NCBI GenBank assembly: GCA_965204725.1
Contig: OZ242005.1
Location: 1,856,001 to 1,920,000 of the forward strand
Reading direction: 5' to 3'
Origin: Candidatus Latescibacterota bacterium
Lineage (GTDB): Bacteria > Latescibacterota > UBA2968 > UBA8231
Length of the DNA stretch: 64,000 bases
The stretch's first letter is position 1. Every line of letters begins with the position of its first letter. Positions 36,568 to 46,658 of this stretch are shown here, piece after piece. Below the pieces are notes generated by a model that did not search any database, had not been told where the DNA came from, and saw only the letters and a list, made by a program, of their open reading frames with translations. Made by a program: the position numbers and the translations under genes.

Positions 36568-38529
36568 ATGTCGCGCCTCGGAATTCGCTGGGTAGTTCTC
36601 TACTTCCTGTCCATTCTCGTGCCAGCGGCCTTGCTCGCTTTTTTGGGTGTGCGCTCGCTACGCGATGTCCGCGACAGCGTGAGCCGGGAACTGCGCTCCA
36701 AGGCGGTGCTGGTGCAGGACGTCTTCGACCGCTTGATCAACAGCCGCGCCCAACTCCTAGCCGCATTTATTGCAGAGGGCGGCATGGACCCGCGCCGGTA
36801 CGCGGGTTTTTCCGAGATTGAGCAAATTTTCGCCGTCGGTCCCACCGGGGTGCTGCGCCATCCGGCGGTGCGGCCCTTGCGCTTGCAGACGCCCCAACCG
36901 GCCTTCGTCGCGCAGATGAAGCAGGCCGAGCAGCACGAGTTCGGCCTGCAAGACTGGGCCGGCGGCGCCGAAGGCTACCACCAAGCCTACGAGGCCGCGA
37001 CCAGTCCTGCAGAAGAAGCCGAAGCCCTCAATGCCCTCGCTCGCTGCGCCCATAAAGGGCAGGACGCGGCCACAGTCGCGGCGGTCCACCAGAGGCTGGT
37101 GGCGGACTACGGCCCGGTCTTTGACGCCGATGGAGCGCATCCCGTTACCCTGAGCCATTTGCGCTTGGGACGCCATGCCGCGCCCGTAGAGGCCCAAGCC
37201 AGCCTGATGGCGTGGGCGCAAGCGCTGCTCGAAGGCCGCTATCCCCTCTACCCCGGCTGCCAACAAGCCCTGCAAGAGGCCCGCGCATTGGCCCAAGGTC
37301 GGCTAGCGGCCATGGCAGACCGTCCCGTCCTGCTAGAGCGTTTGGCCCAAGTCAAGCAAGCCATTGATTTTGCGACGCGCTTCGGCGCGGTAGTGGAAGA
37401 CCAATGGGATGCGGCGCGGGAGCAGGGCTACCTGTCGGGCGTGGATGCCGACGGGACGAGTTTTCTGCTGTACTTGAGCGCGACCGCAGAAGGCGGCGCG
37501 GTGGGCATTCTATTCGACTGGAACGCGCTGACGGCTCTGGTGCAGGAGCAGGTGCCGCTGGCCGAGCGGGGTTTTGCCCTCGCCCTGTTCGACGCCGACG
37601 CCGAGGCCGCCTTTGTCGCCGCGCAACGGGAGGCCATCTACCAGACCGGGCCGGCCAGCCGCTGGATGGACCGGGTGCGGCTGGGGCTTTGGGCGACCGA
37701 TACTTCGGCCGCCACCGGATACTACCGCACGCGCAACTGGCTGGTGGGCGGCGGCATCTTTGCCTTGGCCGTATCCGTAGTCCTCGGGGGATTTATGATC
37801 CTGCGGGATGCTGGGCGCGAGGTGCAGGTGGCCCGCCTGCGCTCCGAATTTGTCGCCAATGTCTCGCACGAGTTGCGCACCCCGCTCACGTCCATTCGCA
37901 TGTACGCCGAGACCCTGCTCATGGGCCGCTACCAATCGACCGAGCAGATGCGGGCCTATCTGACCACCCTCTTGCACGAGAGCCGGCGGCTGTCGCACTT
38001 GGTGGATAACGTGCTCGACTTCGCCCGCATTGAGCGAGGCGACCGGACCTACCAGCGCCAACCCTGCGACCTAGGGGGGGCGGCCCGGGCCGCGCTGGAA
38101 ACCTTTGGCGGGGTATTGGCCGCAGAGGGCTTTGCGGTAGAGCAAGCCGTGGCCGAGGCCCTGCCTCCGGTGCTGGCCGACTCAGAGGCCGTGGAAGGGG
38201 CGGTGGCCAATATGCTAGGCAACGCCGTCAAGTACTCGGCCCAGCACAAGGCCATCCGCCTAGCCGTCAACCAGCGCGGGGCCGAGGTGGTGATTGAGGT
38301 GGCCGACCGCGGCATCGGCCTCCCCGCGGGCGAAGAGGAGCGCGTCTTTGAGCAATTCCACCGCGGCGTCAACGCGGCCAGCACAGCGGGCACTGGGCTG
38401 GGCTTGTCCCTAGTCAAAAACGTGGTCGAGGCGCATGGGGGCCGAGTGGAAGCCGCCAATCGGCCGGGCGGCGGCAGTGTCTTTCGTCTGTACTTCCCGG
38501 TTCACACCGAGGACCAAGCGCATGCCTAG
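36568..38529 (+). CDS. Membrane sensor histidine kinase
   Basis: Two TM segments, VSHELRTPL, NAVKYS, DRGIG, GTGLGL. Confidence 0.92.
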   Translation: MSRLGIRWVVLYFLSILVPAALLAFLGVRSLRDVRDSVSRELRSKAVLVQDVFDRLINSRAQLLAAFIAEGGMDPRRYAGFSEIEQIFAVGPTGVLRHPAVRPLRLQTPQPAFVAQMKQAEQHEFGLQDWAGGAEGYHQAYEAATSPAEEAEALNALARCAHKGQDAATVAAVHQRLVADYGPVFDADGAHPVTLSHLRLGRHAAPVEAQASLMAWAQALLEGRYPLYPGCQQALQEARALAQGRLAAMADRPVLLERLAQVKQAIDFATRFGAVVEDQWDAAREQGYLSGVDADGTSFLLYLSATAEGGAVGILFDWNALTALVQEQVPLAERGFALALFDADAEAAFVAAQREAIYQTGPASRWMDRVRLGLWATDTSAATGYYRTRNWLVGGGIFALAVSVVLGGFMILRDAGREVQVARLRSEFVANVSHELRTPLTSIRMYAETLLMGRYQSTEQMRAYLTTLLHESRRLSHLVDNVLDFARIERGDRTYQRQPCDLGGAARAALETFGGVLAAEGFAVEQAVAEALPPVLADSEAVEGAVANMLGNAVKYSAQHKAIRLAVNQRGAEVVIEVADRGIGLPAGEEERVFEQFHRGVNAASTAGTGLGLSLVKNVVEAHGGRVEAANRPGGGSVFRLYFPVHTEDQAHA

Positions 38530-39202
38530 AATTTTAGTGGTCGAGGACGAAGCGACCATTGCCCGGATCCTGCTCGATAACCTGATCTTTGAAGGCTATG
38601 AGGCCGAGGCGGTCGCCGATGGCGCGGACGGACTGGAGCGGGCCTTGGCTTGGCGGCCAGACCTGATTCTGCTCGATGTGGTGCTGCCCACGATGGATGG
38701 GTACGAAGTGTGCCGTCGGCTGCGCGCCCAAGGGGCGGCCACGCCTATCATCATGCTCACGGCGCGGGGCGAGGAGGTGGACAAAGTCTTGGGCTTGGAG
38801 TTGGGCGCCGACGACTACGTCACCAAGCCGGTGGGCGTCCGCGAACTCATGGCCCGAGTTAAAGCGGTGTTGCGGCGGGGCGAGTCGGCTCCGGCCGCGA
38901 GCGCGGTGCTGGCGTTTGGCAAGGCGCGAATCGACTTCGACCGCTACGAGGCGTCCGTGGAGGGCCGGGCCGTGCATCTGTCCCCCAAGGCTTTTGGCGT
39001 GTTGCGCCTCCTGTGGGAAAGCCGGGGCCGCGCCCTGACCCGCGCCCAGATCTTAGAGCAGGTGTGGGGCTACGAAGTGTACCCCACCACGCGCACGGTG
39101 GACAACCACATCGCCGAATTGCGCCACCACTTGGAAGCCGACCCAGCCCAGCCGCGCCACATCCTCACAGTACACGGAGTGGGATACCGCTTTGTGGAGT
39201 AA
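38522..39202 (+). CDS. OmpR-family response regulator
   Basis: ILVVED, LLDVVLP, GADDYVTKP, TRTVDNHI, GVGYRF. Confidence 0.93.
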   Translation: MPRILVVEDEATIARILLDNLIFEGYEAEAVADGADGLERALAWRPDLILLDVVLPTMDGYEVCRRLRAQGAATPIIMLTARGEEVDKVLGLELGADDYVTKPVGVRELMARVKAVLRRGESAPAASAVLAFGKARIDFDRYEASVEGRAVHLSPKAFGVLRLLWESRGRALTRAQILEQVWGYEVYPTTRTVDNHIAELRHHLEADPAQPRHILTVHGVGYRFVE

Positions 39203-39233
39203 CGGCAAGCCGGGACGCGAGGAGCGCGAGACC

Positions 39234-39482
39234 ATGAAGAAAGCTAAGTGCAACTTCTGCGAAAGCGAGCACTGCGAAGATCGGCGCATCGACTACCTTT
39301 ACAGTCACCAAGGCCGATACCTGTTGGTGCCCAACACCCCGGTCGAAATCTGCTCTCAGTGTGGCATGGTGTATTACGATGCGACCGTGCTCAAGGAAAT
39401 CGAACGGTGCTTTTTCGCCATTCAAAACAAAAAAGAAGAACCCGATCAGTATATCGAGATGCCGACTAAATCGTATATGTGA
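39234..39482 (+). CDS. YgiT/MqsA-type zinc finger protein (orphan antitoxin-like)
   Basis: CNFC ... VPNTPVEICSQCG. Confidence 0.75.
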   Translation: MKKAKCNFCESEHCEDRRIDYLYSHQGRYLLVPNTPVEICSQCGMVYYDATVLKEIERCFFAIQNKKEEPDQYIEMPTKSYM

Positions 39483-39498
39483 GATGCCTTTTGGAAAT

Positions 39499-39640
39499 CT
39501 CAGAAGCTGTCTGAAAACTCTGGTAGTCGTCCCTTGCGTCTAAACGATACCGGCTGGATTCCCGCTTTCGCGGGAATGACGGATCCTGTCTCTACGGCTT
39601 GTTCAACAAGACCCAAGGTGGGTTTTCAGACAGCCTCTCA
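39499..39640. mobile_element. MITE-like element with a family B REP (CTGGATTCCCGCTTTCGCGGGAATGAC)
   Basis: TIRs AGAAGCTGTCTGAAAAC / GTTTTCAGACAGCCTCT; about 70 bp repeated directly at 41745-41813. Confidence 0.7.
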
Positions 39641-39668
39641 GGTACGAAAGTACAACCTTTTTGCACGT

Positions 39669-39688
39669 CCATGACAAAACCATGACAA
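39669..39688 (+). promoter_or_regulatory. Candidate OmpR-type binding site (CCATGACAA direct repeat, 11-bp period)
   Basis: CCATGACAA-AA-CCATGACAA about 75 bp upstream of the 39764 gene, next to an OmpR-family two-component pair. Confidence 0.55.
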
Positions 39689-39763
39689 CTCGGGCTGCGC
39701 CGCTGTGTAGGTTCAAGGTGAGCGTTCAATCGCACATTCACCCGCCTAACAAGGAGGCGCATC

Positions 39764-41578
39764 ATGGAGCGCGTTATAGCGGTCCTCTTGAGTAGCGCGT
39801 TGCTGACCGCCAGCGGCCTACTGGCCAGCAGCGTTGAGGAGACTTATCAGGCGGCCCTCATGCAGGAAAAGGGCGAAGGCGACCTAAAGGAGGCCATACG
39901 CCTCTACCAGCAAGTGATCGAGGCGCACGAGAAGGGCGAAGGCGACGAGAGCTTGGCGGCCCGGGCGCAACTCCGCATCGGGATGTGCCAAGAGAAGATG
40001 GGGCTGGCCCAAGCGCGCCAAACCTACGAAGCGGTACGCGACCAGTACCCCGACCAGTCCCAAGCGAAAGAGGAAGCGACGCAACGCCTAAAATCGGCGC
40101 ACCAGCGCGAGGCGACGATCGAGGAGCCATCCACCCCTTCCCCTAAAGCCGCGGTCCGTGCCTACTCGGGGTTCAGCAACGAGCAGGTGCGCGGACAGTT
40201 GGAAGCCGTCCAGCGACAGCTAAAACTGGTCGAGCAACAACTCAAGAATTTCCAGCAGCAGGGCGTCCGGTCCATCTCGTTCCGAAAGCAGGGCGGCCGA
40301 TCCATCCCGTTCCAGCAGAAGGACATCCGGTACATCCCGAGCTTCTTGTGGCATCTCCGAGCGGATCAGCGCTACTACCACTACGCCAACTCGCCTCCGG
40401 TGGTCCCCTACGCCTATAAAAAGGTGGCGGAGGTGCCCGTGCAGTGGAAATTCCGCCTCAAGGAGGGCGAGCATCCGCAGCAGCCCCGCACCTACGCCGC
40501 CCCGGACTTTGACGATTCGGGCTGGGACGAGATCGACATTGGCCAAGCCTGGGAGGATCAGGACTATGACGACTACGACGAGGGGGCTTGGTATCGCGCC
40601 CGGATTGAGATAGAAGCCGAGGAGGGCTGGCCGGTGCTCATGGCCTTCGGCGGCGTGGATAAGGACGCTTATCTGTACCTCAACGGCCAATGGATCGGCC
40701 AGCACCACCTGTGGAACCAGCCCTTCATTCTCGACATCAGCGACCACGTCGTGCGCGATGGCGAGAACATAGTAGCCCTGTATGTGTACGACGGGATGGG
40801 CATGGGAGGCATCTACGGCCTAATCAATGTCCACCAACCCACGGGCGAGGTGGATACCAATGACTTTGCCGCCAATCGAGGCGGGAATTTGGAGATGGTG
40901 GAGGGCAAGAACGGCTGGCCGGTTTTCAAGGCCCACCTCGCCCGCGGCGAGCCTTACCGCCGCTATGCTCACCGGTCGCCGCACCTTCCCTACGCCTACA
41001 AAAAGGTGGCCGAAGTCCCCGTGCAGTGGAAGTTCAGACCCTACGCGGAAGAGCACCAAGCACACCAAGACGCCACCCTGAGCCGCGTGGATTTCGACGA
41101 CTCGAATTGGGCTACTATCGACATCGGGCGGGCTTGGGAAGATCAGGGCTACGACAACTACGACGAAGGGGCTTGGTATCGCGCCCGGATTGAGGTGAAA
41201 GCCGAGGAGGGCCGGCCGGTGCATCTGGCCTTCGGCGGCGTGGATAACAGCGCCTATGTGTACGTCAACGGCATCTTTGTGGGAGAACATCACGGGTGGA
41301 ACACCCCGTTCATCCTCGATATTAGCGAGGCGGTTGATCGCAAGGGGCCAAACGTGGTTGCTGTGCGGGTGTTCGATGGGTGGAACATGGGCGGCATCTA
41401 CGGCACCGTAGAAGTGATACAGCCCACGAGCGATGAGAACCTCGACCGCTACCTAGCCAACTCGGCCGCAGGTCTCCGCTTCCACCTCCAGCAAAAATTT
41501 GGCGCGTCGGTCGCCGATCCGAGAAGCCGCGACGACTCGGCCAAGAAGAGCTTTTGGAGCCGCTTAAACCCTTTTTAG
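39764..41578 (+). CDS. Secreted TPR + coiled-coil + two GH2-type sugar-binding (jelly-roll) domain protein
   Basis: Signal peptide, TPR-like helices, two internal repeats WKF...FDDS.W...WEDQ.Y..YDEGAWYR...FGGVD...Y.NG...GGIYG. Confidence 0.75.
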   Translation: MERVIAVLLSSALLTASGLLASSVEETYQAALMQEKGEGDLKEAIRLYQQVIEAHEKGEGDESLAARAQLRIGMCQEKMGLAQARQTYEAVRDQYPDQSQAKEEATQRLKSAHQREATIEEPSTPSPKAAVRAYSGFSNEQVRGQLEAVQRQLKLVEQQLKNFQQQGVRSISFRKQGGRSIPFQQKDIRYIPSFLWHLRADQRYYHYANSPPVVPYAYKKVAEVPVQWKFRLKEGEHPQQPRTYAAPDFDDSGWDEIDIGQAWEDQDYDDYDEGAWYRARIEIEAEEGWPVLMAFGGVDKDAYLYLNGQWIGQHHLWNQPFILDISDHVVRDGENIVALYVYDGMGMGGIYGLINVHQPTGEVDTNDFAANRGGNLEMVEGKNGWPVFKAHLARGEPYRRYAHRSPHLPYAYKKVAEVPVQWKFRPYAEEHQAHQDATLSRVDFDDSNWATIDIGRAWEDQGYDNYDEGAWYRARIEVKAEEGRPVHLAFGGVDNSAYVYVNGIFVGEHHGWNTPFILDISEAVDRKGPNVVAVRVFDGWNMGGIYGTVEVIQPTSDENLDRYLANSAAGLRFHLQQKFGASVADPRSRDDSAKKSFWSRLNPF

Positions 41579-41621
41579 TTTAGCACCCAAGCCGGTCACA
41601 GCCGCTGCGGCAGCCTAATCC

Positions 41622-41662
41622 AGCAGGAGCGTCGGAGCCGGCCCGACGCTCCTGCTGCGTTT
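41622..41662 (+). terminator. Hairpin, likely intrinsic terminator
   Basis: GCAGGAGCGTCGG-loop-CCGACGCTCCTGC followed by a short T run. Confidence 0.55.
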
Positions 41663-41730
41663 GTGCAGGCCGACGACGAGGGCTTGTTGCGCTGGCGTGA
41701 AGAGGGCTTCAATGTGCATGGAGCAATCCT

Positions 41731-41813
41731 AAAGAAGCGGTCAGAAAACTCTGGAGGTCGTCCCTTGGATCTAAACGATACCGGCTGGATTCCCGCTTTC
41801 GCGGGAATGACGG
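41731..41813. repeat. Family B REP/MITE copy
   Basis: Near-identical to 39503-39583. Confidence 0.7.
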
Positions 41814-41823
41814 AACCTTAGGC

Positions 41824-42867
41824 TCAGTCGTCCTCAGCCAGCTCCCACACCCGCTCCTCCAGCATGCCCTCGCATTGCCGCCCATCCGCAAAAACCACCC
41901 GCACCTCCACCTGCGTCCGGTCGAAGTCGGCCGGCAGTTCCCACAAATGCGTCGCCAGACCGCGCGACGCCTCGGCCTGCGGATCAATCGGCACCAGCGG
42001 CCCCAAGTCCTTCACCTCGACCTGTGTGCGCGGCGAACCATCGAACACATTGACAAAACGGCGACCCGAAGGCCGATGCCGGCACAGTTCCATCGCCTCG
42101 TCTTGCGCTGGCTGGAAGGCGTGATACTGGCTTTTGAACCCCCCTTCCCCATCGACTTCAACCACCCGATACCCCTGCGGCTCTCGCCCTTGCGGGCCGC
42201 GACTTTCCAGCCCGGTCTTCCACCAATTGCCGGCCACCGCAGCGGTCGTCATCACCTCCATAGAGCCGACGAAGTGGCGGCCGTTTTCGTGTTCGTGGCC
42301 GTGCAAGGAGATCACCTGTTCAAAGGGCTGCAACAGCGTCAGCACGCGCCGCGCCCCGACCATCTCGTTGGTGGGAAAGGCCATGCCCGGCGTCTGGCCC
42401 GCACGCTGGGGGAAGGTCGTCGAGAAAGGCACGTGGCTGGCGACCACCAGCGGCCTAGCCGGGTCCAGCCCGGACAAATCCGCAGCCAGCCACTCCAACA
42501 GGGCCTCGTCGGCCAAGACATGCCAGTTGGCCGGGTGGTCCTCCGTCGGCTCGAAGTAGCGCACGACGTCCAGCAAGACAAAGTGTACCCCGCCCAGATC
42601 GACGCTGGCGTGCATCGTCCCCCCTTGGTCCCGAGGCCGATAGCCGCTGCACATTTCGTGGTTGCCGTGGCTCAGCAACACCGGCACTTCGACCCCCTCC
42701 ATGATCTGGGCGTACTGGGCGAGTGCCTCGGGCGTGACTCCTAAGTCGCCGCCGTTGATCAGAGCTTCGGGCTGATGCGCCAGCATGGATTCCACGCACA
42801 ACTCAAATCCCCGGCGGGCGTCTATCCCGGTGTCGAGATGAATGTCGGTGAAATAGATGAACTTCAT
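41824..42867 (-). CDS. Calcineurin-like metallophosphoesterase
   Basis: TDIH, GGDL, GNHE, SHVP, GHEH. Confidence 0.88.
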   Translation of the reverse strand: MKFIYFTDIHLDTGIDARRGFELCVESMLAHQPEALINGGDLGVTPEALAQYAQIMEGVEVPVLLSHGNHEMCSGYRPRDQGGTMHASVDLGGVHFVLLDVVRYFEPTEDHPANWHVLADEALLEWLAADLSGLDPARPLVVASHVPFSTTFPQRAGQTPGMAFPTNEMVGARRVLTLLQPFEQVISLHGHEHENGRHFVGSMEVMTTAAVAGNWWKTGLESRGPQGREPQGYRVVEVDGEGGFKSQYHAFQPAQDEAMELCRHRPSGRRFVNVFDGSPRTQVEVKDLGPLVPIDPQAEASRGLATHLWELPADFDRTQVEVRVVFADGRQCEGMLEERVWELAEDD

Positions 42868-42960
42868 CGGGTTATCTCCTACTGGGAAGAACGGCAGATG
42901 CGCGACAGACATAGCCGCCGCGCATCGGTGGGTTTAGTTCCTTTGGAGACCGCTCGCAGT

Positions 42961-43599
42961 TCACGGACGCCACGTTGCTTTCAGGTGGCCCCAAGAGGTT
43001 GGGGCGACCGCAGTGGAGGCCCCAACGCGGTGGAATGGCCACGTTTCGACCTCGCCTTTCTCCGTGGTCGTAGTAATGAACAAGGTTTCGCCCTCAATCT
43101 CGTAGGAGACGAAGAGATCGTAGCGGGCGAGTTGTCTATCGAGAAAGCCCCCGACGAACCCGGCGATATACTCCTCTTCAAATGCCGGGTAGTCCTCTTC
43201 GGGGAGTTGACTCGCGTCCGCTACGGCACGGGCCAAGTCGCGGGCGATTTCGGTAAAAAATTCGACGGCCGGTTGGTCGCCGACGAACTGGCCGACTTCG
43301 TTGCCTTCGATCCACAGGCTGTCGCCTTCGGTCCGGTACGTGCCGTTGACATGGGCCGCAAGCCCCTGTATTGGGGGCACCAACTCGCTCAGTTCCGGGG
43401 GTATTTCAAAGAAGTTGTCCGGGAGGAATGCGATCATTTGGCAGGCGCCATCGGCCTGAAAGGTCAGGCGGAAAACAACCTCGCCTAAATTCTCCGCAGC
43501 GATACTCCCTTCCCAAACGCCGATGAGGGCCTCGTCTTGGGCGGCGAGCGGCAGGGCGAGCAGGCAGAGGATCGCGATAGACGACAGAAACGGGTGCAT
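42961..43599 (-). CDS. Secreted hypothetical protein with C-terminal STAVAPTSWGHLK motif
   Basis: AAGGAGG RBS, signal peptide, LIGVWEG start of a lipocalin-like strand. Confidence 0.7.
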   Translation of the reverse strand: MHPFLSSIAILCLLALPLAAQDEALIGVWEGSIAAENLGEVVFRLTFQADGACQMIAFLPDNFFEIPPELSELVPPIQGLAAHVNGTYRTEGDSLWIEGNEVGQFVGDQPAVEFFTEIARDLARAVADASQLPEEDYPAFEEEYIAGFVGGFLDRQLARYDLFVSYEIEGETLFITTTTEKGEVETWPFHRVGASTAVAPTSWGHLKATWRP

Positions 43600-43678
43600 G
43601 AGGGCCTCCTTTGGGGGCAATGGGTAGTAGATAAAGGTACAGCGGGACCGCCTTGGCAGCAACGCGAAGCAGCGGCCC

Positions 43679-44947
43679 TCACTCGTCGGCCGCTTGCCGA
43701 CTTACGACCTGCTGCTCCTCTTGGACGCGCTGGTACAAGCGCTGCCATTCTTTCGAGCCATCGTCCTCCAGCACTTCGGTACGCACCCCCTCCACATAGG
43801 TTCCCGGAACATTGGGGGATTCCGTGTAGATGCAGGTGCCGTCTGGGTAGGAAACGGCGTTGATCAGCCGCGGTTTCGGGTGCGTGTAGGGCTGCCCCTG
43901 ATGCGCGTATTCTTCGAGCTTTGCCTGCGGAACTCGGTATTGCTCAACGGCCGCCTCATCCACCTCAACGCCGAGGCCGGGGCCATCGGGGACCCGCTGG
44001 TGCCCGTTGATCACCCGAACCGGCTCGGTGAGCAGATGGTGGCTGTACATATTGATACAGCTAATCGCCGGCCACCGAGCGTGCGTTAGCACCGAGCCGA
44101 GATGGGCGTCCCACGTGGTCGTCAACCCATTGCCGACGATCTGCAACCAAAACGGCATGGAAACTTCCGCCGCGCATTGCCCTTGGTGCATGGTCTGCGA
44201 CTTTCCGCCCCCAATCACCCAGCCATCGCACACTTCCTCGCGCACCGCCGTGACCAATGGCGGCGAACCAAAGTGCATGGCCACCGGCCTGTTCACCGCT
44301 TGGCGGATCTGGCGATTGCCGAGAATGTCCTCCTGCGGGATGGGCGTTTCAAACATGGCCACGTTTTCGTAGCGCTCGAGCCGCTTCATCAGGGGAATGG
44401 CGTTGGCCGAGTTCTCCCAAGAGCCGTTGGGATCGAGATCGAGATGGAAATGGGGCGGCACCACCGCGCAGATCGCCTCAACCTGCGCGAGGATGTCGTT
44501 CCAAGGTCTCGGCTTGTTCTTGAGACTCGTGTACCCGTGCGCCACGGCCTCGGCCGCTTCGGCCGCCCAGTTTTCCGGTGAGGAGTGGCTACACCACCAA
44601 GAGATCGGCGTCCAGTCGCGCACTTTGACGCCCAGCAACCGATGCACCGGGACTTCGAGTATCTTGCCGACCACGTCGAACAGAGCCATCTGCAAACCAG
44701 CACCCAAGCCATCTTCGTGCATGAGTTCGGCCGGGCTTTGGCCAATGGTGCGCGCCACCGCGTCATCGGTCACCCGGCCGTAGGTGTAGTGAACGACGGT
44801 TTCTCCCCAGCCTATGTGGCCGGTGTCGGTGGCTACCTTACACAGCTCGAGGATGGACCAGTTGTACACTGACTGGCGAGTAATCTGCTGCTGTCGAGGC
44901 GTGAACGGGACATCGACGATAATGCGTTCGACATGCGTGACTTTCAT
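43679..44947 (-). CDS. Enolase superfamily protein
   Basis: TDTGHIGWGE, MALFDVVGK, LKNKPRP, DLDPN, FETP, VPDGPGLGVEVD. Confidence 0.85.
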   Translation of the reverse strand: MKVTHVERIIVDVPFTPRQQQITRQSVYNWSILELCKVATDTGHIGWGETVVHYTYGRVTDDAVARTIGQSPAELMHEDGLGAGLQMALFDVVGKILEVPVHRLLGVKVRDWTPISWWCSHSSPENWAAEAAEAVAHGYTSLKNKPRPWNDILAQVEAICAVVPPHFHLDLDPNGSWENSANAIPLMKRLERYENVAMFETPIPQEDILGNRQIRQAVNRPVAMHFGSPPLVTAVREEVCDGWVIGGGKSQTMHQGQCAAEVSMPFWLQIVGNGLTTTWDAHLGSVLTHARWPAISCINMYSHHLLTEPVRVINGHQRVPDGPGLGVEVDEAAVEQYRVPQAKLEEYAHQGQPYTHPKPRLINAVSYPDGTCIYTESPNVPGTYVEGVRTEVLEDDGSKEWQRLYQRVQEEQQVVSRQAADE

Positions 44948-45188
44948 GGGGTCTCCTTTCAGCCGAGGCGAGGGGGGCAGGGGTTGAAAGGCCAGTGAGT
45001 ATCTATCATCTTTAGCGGACGCAGAAGCGGCCCCGGCTGTTCACGAGTAAGATAACAGAACTAGCGTACCCTGCCACCACAACCGCGAGATGGCCTCAAT
45101 GACGGACCGCAGCAACGACGGCAAGGCCCCCAGACGCCGCCCGCCCCGAATTCGCCTAAACGCGGGCGCTTGGAGTCCGCTCGTTGAC

Positions 45189-46658
45189 ATGATGGACATT
45201 TTTCCGGGACACCGCGGCGCCAGTCGGCACGGCGAACTCGCGCTGTATGACGCCCCGATTGGCATCCGCTTTGAGATTGAGGAGGCCGTTAAGTCCGACC
45301 CGATTTTACAGGCGGCCATGGAGTGGGAAGGCCGCCACATCTCGCCGCTCTACGTCTGGCAGCGGGCCGGGCGCTATCACTTGCTCTACGACAGCGAGGG
45401 CGGCCAGTGTTACGCGGTCAGCGACGATGCGTATCGCTGGACGCGACCCGTCCTCGGCTCGTCTAACAACAACCTAATCCCCAACTCGTGCAAAGGGGCC
45501 ACCGGAATTTTCCAAGACCCTACGGCCCCGCCCCAAGCGCGCTTCAAGGCGATGGGCGGCCGCATGTACTGGTGGGATCCGGCCAGCGGCCAAGAGCTGA
45601 CCGGCGATGAGCCGGCCCGGCGCATCCAAGCCGAACAAGAGCAAGCAAACTACACCGGCCCCCGCGCCGAAATCACCGGCCAGATGTTGGCTTGGACGTC
45701 CCCCGATGGCCTCGATTGGACTCCGGTCGCAGAGCCGCTGGCGCACCGGCCGGTCAACGGCGGCATATCGGCCCGTTACGACGAACACCGCGGCAACTAC
45801 TTCGCTTACATCCAGTTGATGGGCTACCCGGCCGAACTGCTCGCAGGCATCGGGGTCAACCGGCTCGAACAGGGCATCCAAGTCCGCGCGATCGGCTTTG
45901 CTCGCACCGACGACTTTGCCCACTGGCCCGCCCCCAAGCTGGTCCACTATCCCGACACCGAGGACCCGCCCGACATCAGCTTTTACGGCGCCAACTACTT
46001 CCCCTACCCGGGCCGCGACGACCTGCACGGCATGCTCATCCCGGTGTACCACCAAATCGCCAGCACCATCGACGGGCAAATCGCCTTCAGCCGCGATGGC
46101 CTCTACTGGTCCCGCCCCGAGCGCCGGCCCATCCTGCCTCTCGGCACCGAGGGAGAAGGCGACGAGTGCATGGCCCACTTCTGGCGCAGTGGCCTCGTCG
46201 AGCTGCCCGATGGCTACTGGGCTTGTCCATACGCGGCCTTCTCGGTCATTCACGATTGCCCGGCCGACGAAGTAGATGCGCTCTTTCCGGCGCGGCAGCC
46301 GCAGCAAATTCGCTGGGCGCGCTGGCGTCCGCACCGGTTCTGCGGAGTGCGCGCCCGCACCGAGGGCCGCTTCTCCCTGCCCTCCCTCTTCCGCGTCCAC
46401 GACGAGCTGCGCCTCAACTACCGCTGCGACCCGGGCGGCTGGATTCAGATTGAGCTGCTGGAGAAACTGCCATCATTGATGCGCCCCGATGCCGACCCGA
46501 TGCCCGGGTTCTCCTTTGACGAGTGCGACCGCCTAACCGGGGATTGCGAAGACCGGGTGGTTACTTGGCAGGGCCGCTCCAACATCGCCGCGGCCGGCGA
46601 GGCAGTCGGGATCCGAGTGCGCCTACTCGGCGCCAAGCTATTTGCCTATCGCGTCTAA
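45189..46658 (+). CDS. Five-bladed beta-propeller, GH32/GH130-like hypothetical protein
   Basis: WE motif, YAVSDDAYRWTRP, SPDGLDW, FSRDGLYWSR boxes; start position uncertain. Confidence 0.6.
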   Translation: MMDIFPGHRGASRHGELALYDAPIGIRFEIEEAVKSDPILQAAMEWEGRHISPLYVWQRAGRYHLLYDSEGGQCYAVSDDAYRWTRPVLGSSNNNLIPNSCKGATGIFQDPTAPPQARFKAMGGRMYWWDPASGQELTGDEPARRIQAEQEQANYTGPRAEITGQMLAWTSPDGLDWTPVAEPLAHRPVNGGISARYDEHRGNYFAYIQLMGYPAELLAGIGVNRLEQGIQVRAIGFARTDDFAHWPAPKLVHYPDTEDPPDISFYGANYFPYPGRDDLHGMLIPVYHQIASTIDGQIAFSRDGLYWSRPERRPILPLGTEGEGDECMAHFWRSGLVELPDGYWACPYAAFSVIHDCPADEVDALFPARQPQQIRWARWRPHRFCGVRARTEGRFSLPSLFRVHDELRLNYRCDPGGWIQIELLEKLPSLMRPDADPMPGFSFDECDRLTGDCEDRVVTWQGRSNIAAAGEAVGIRVRLLGAKLFAYRV

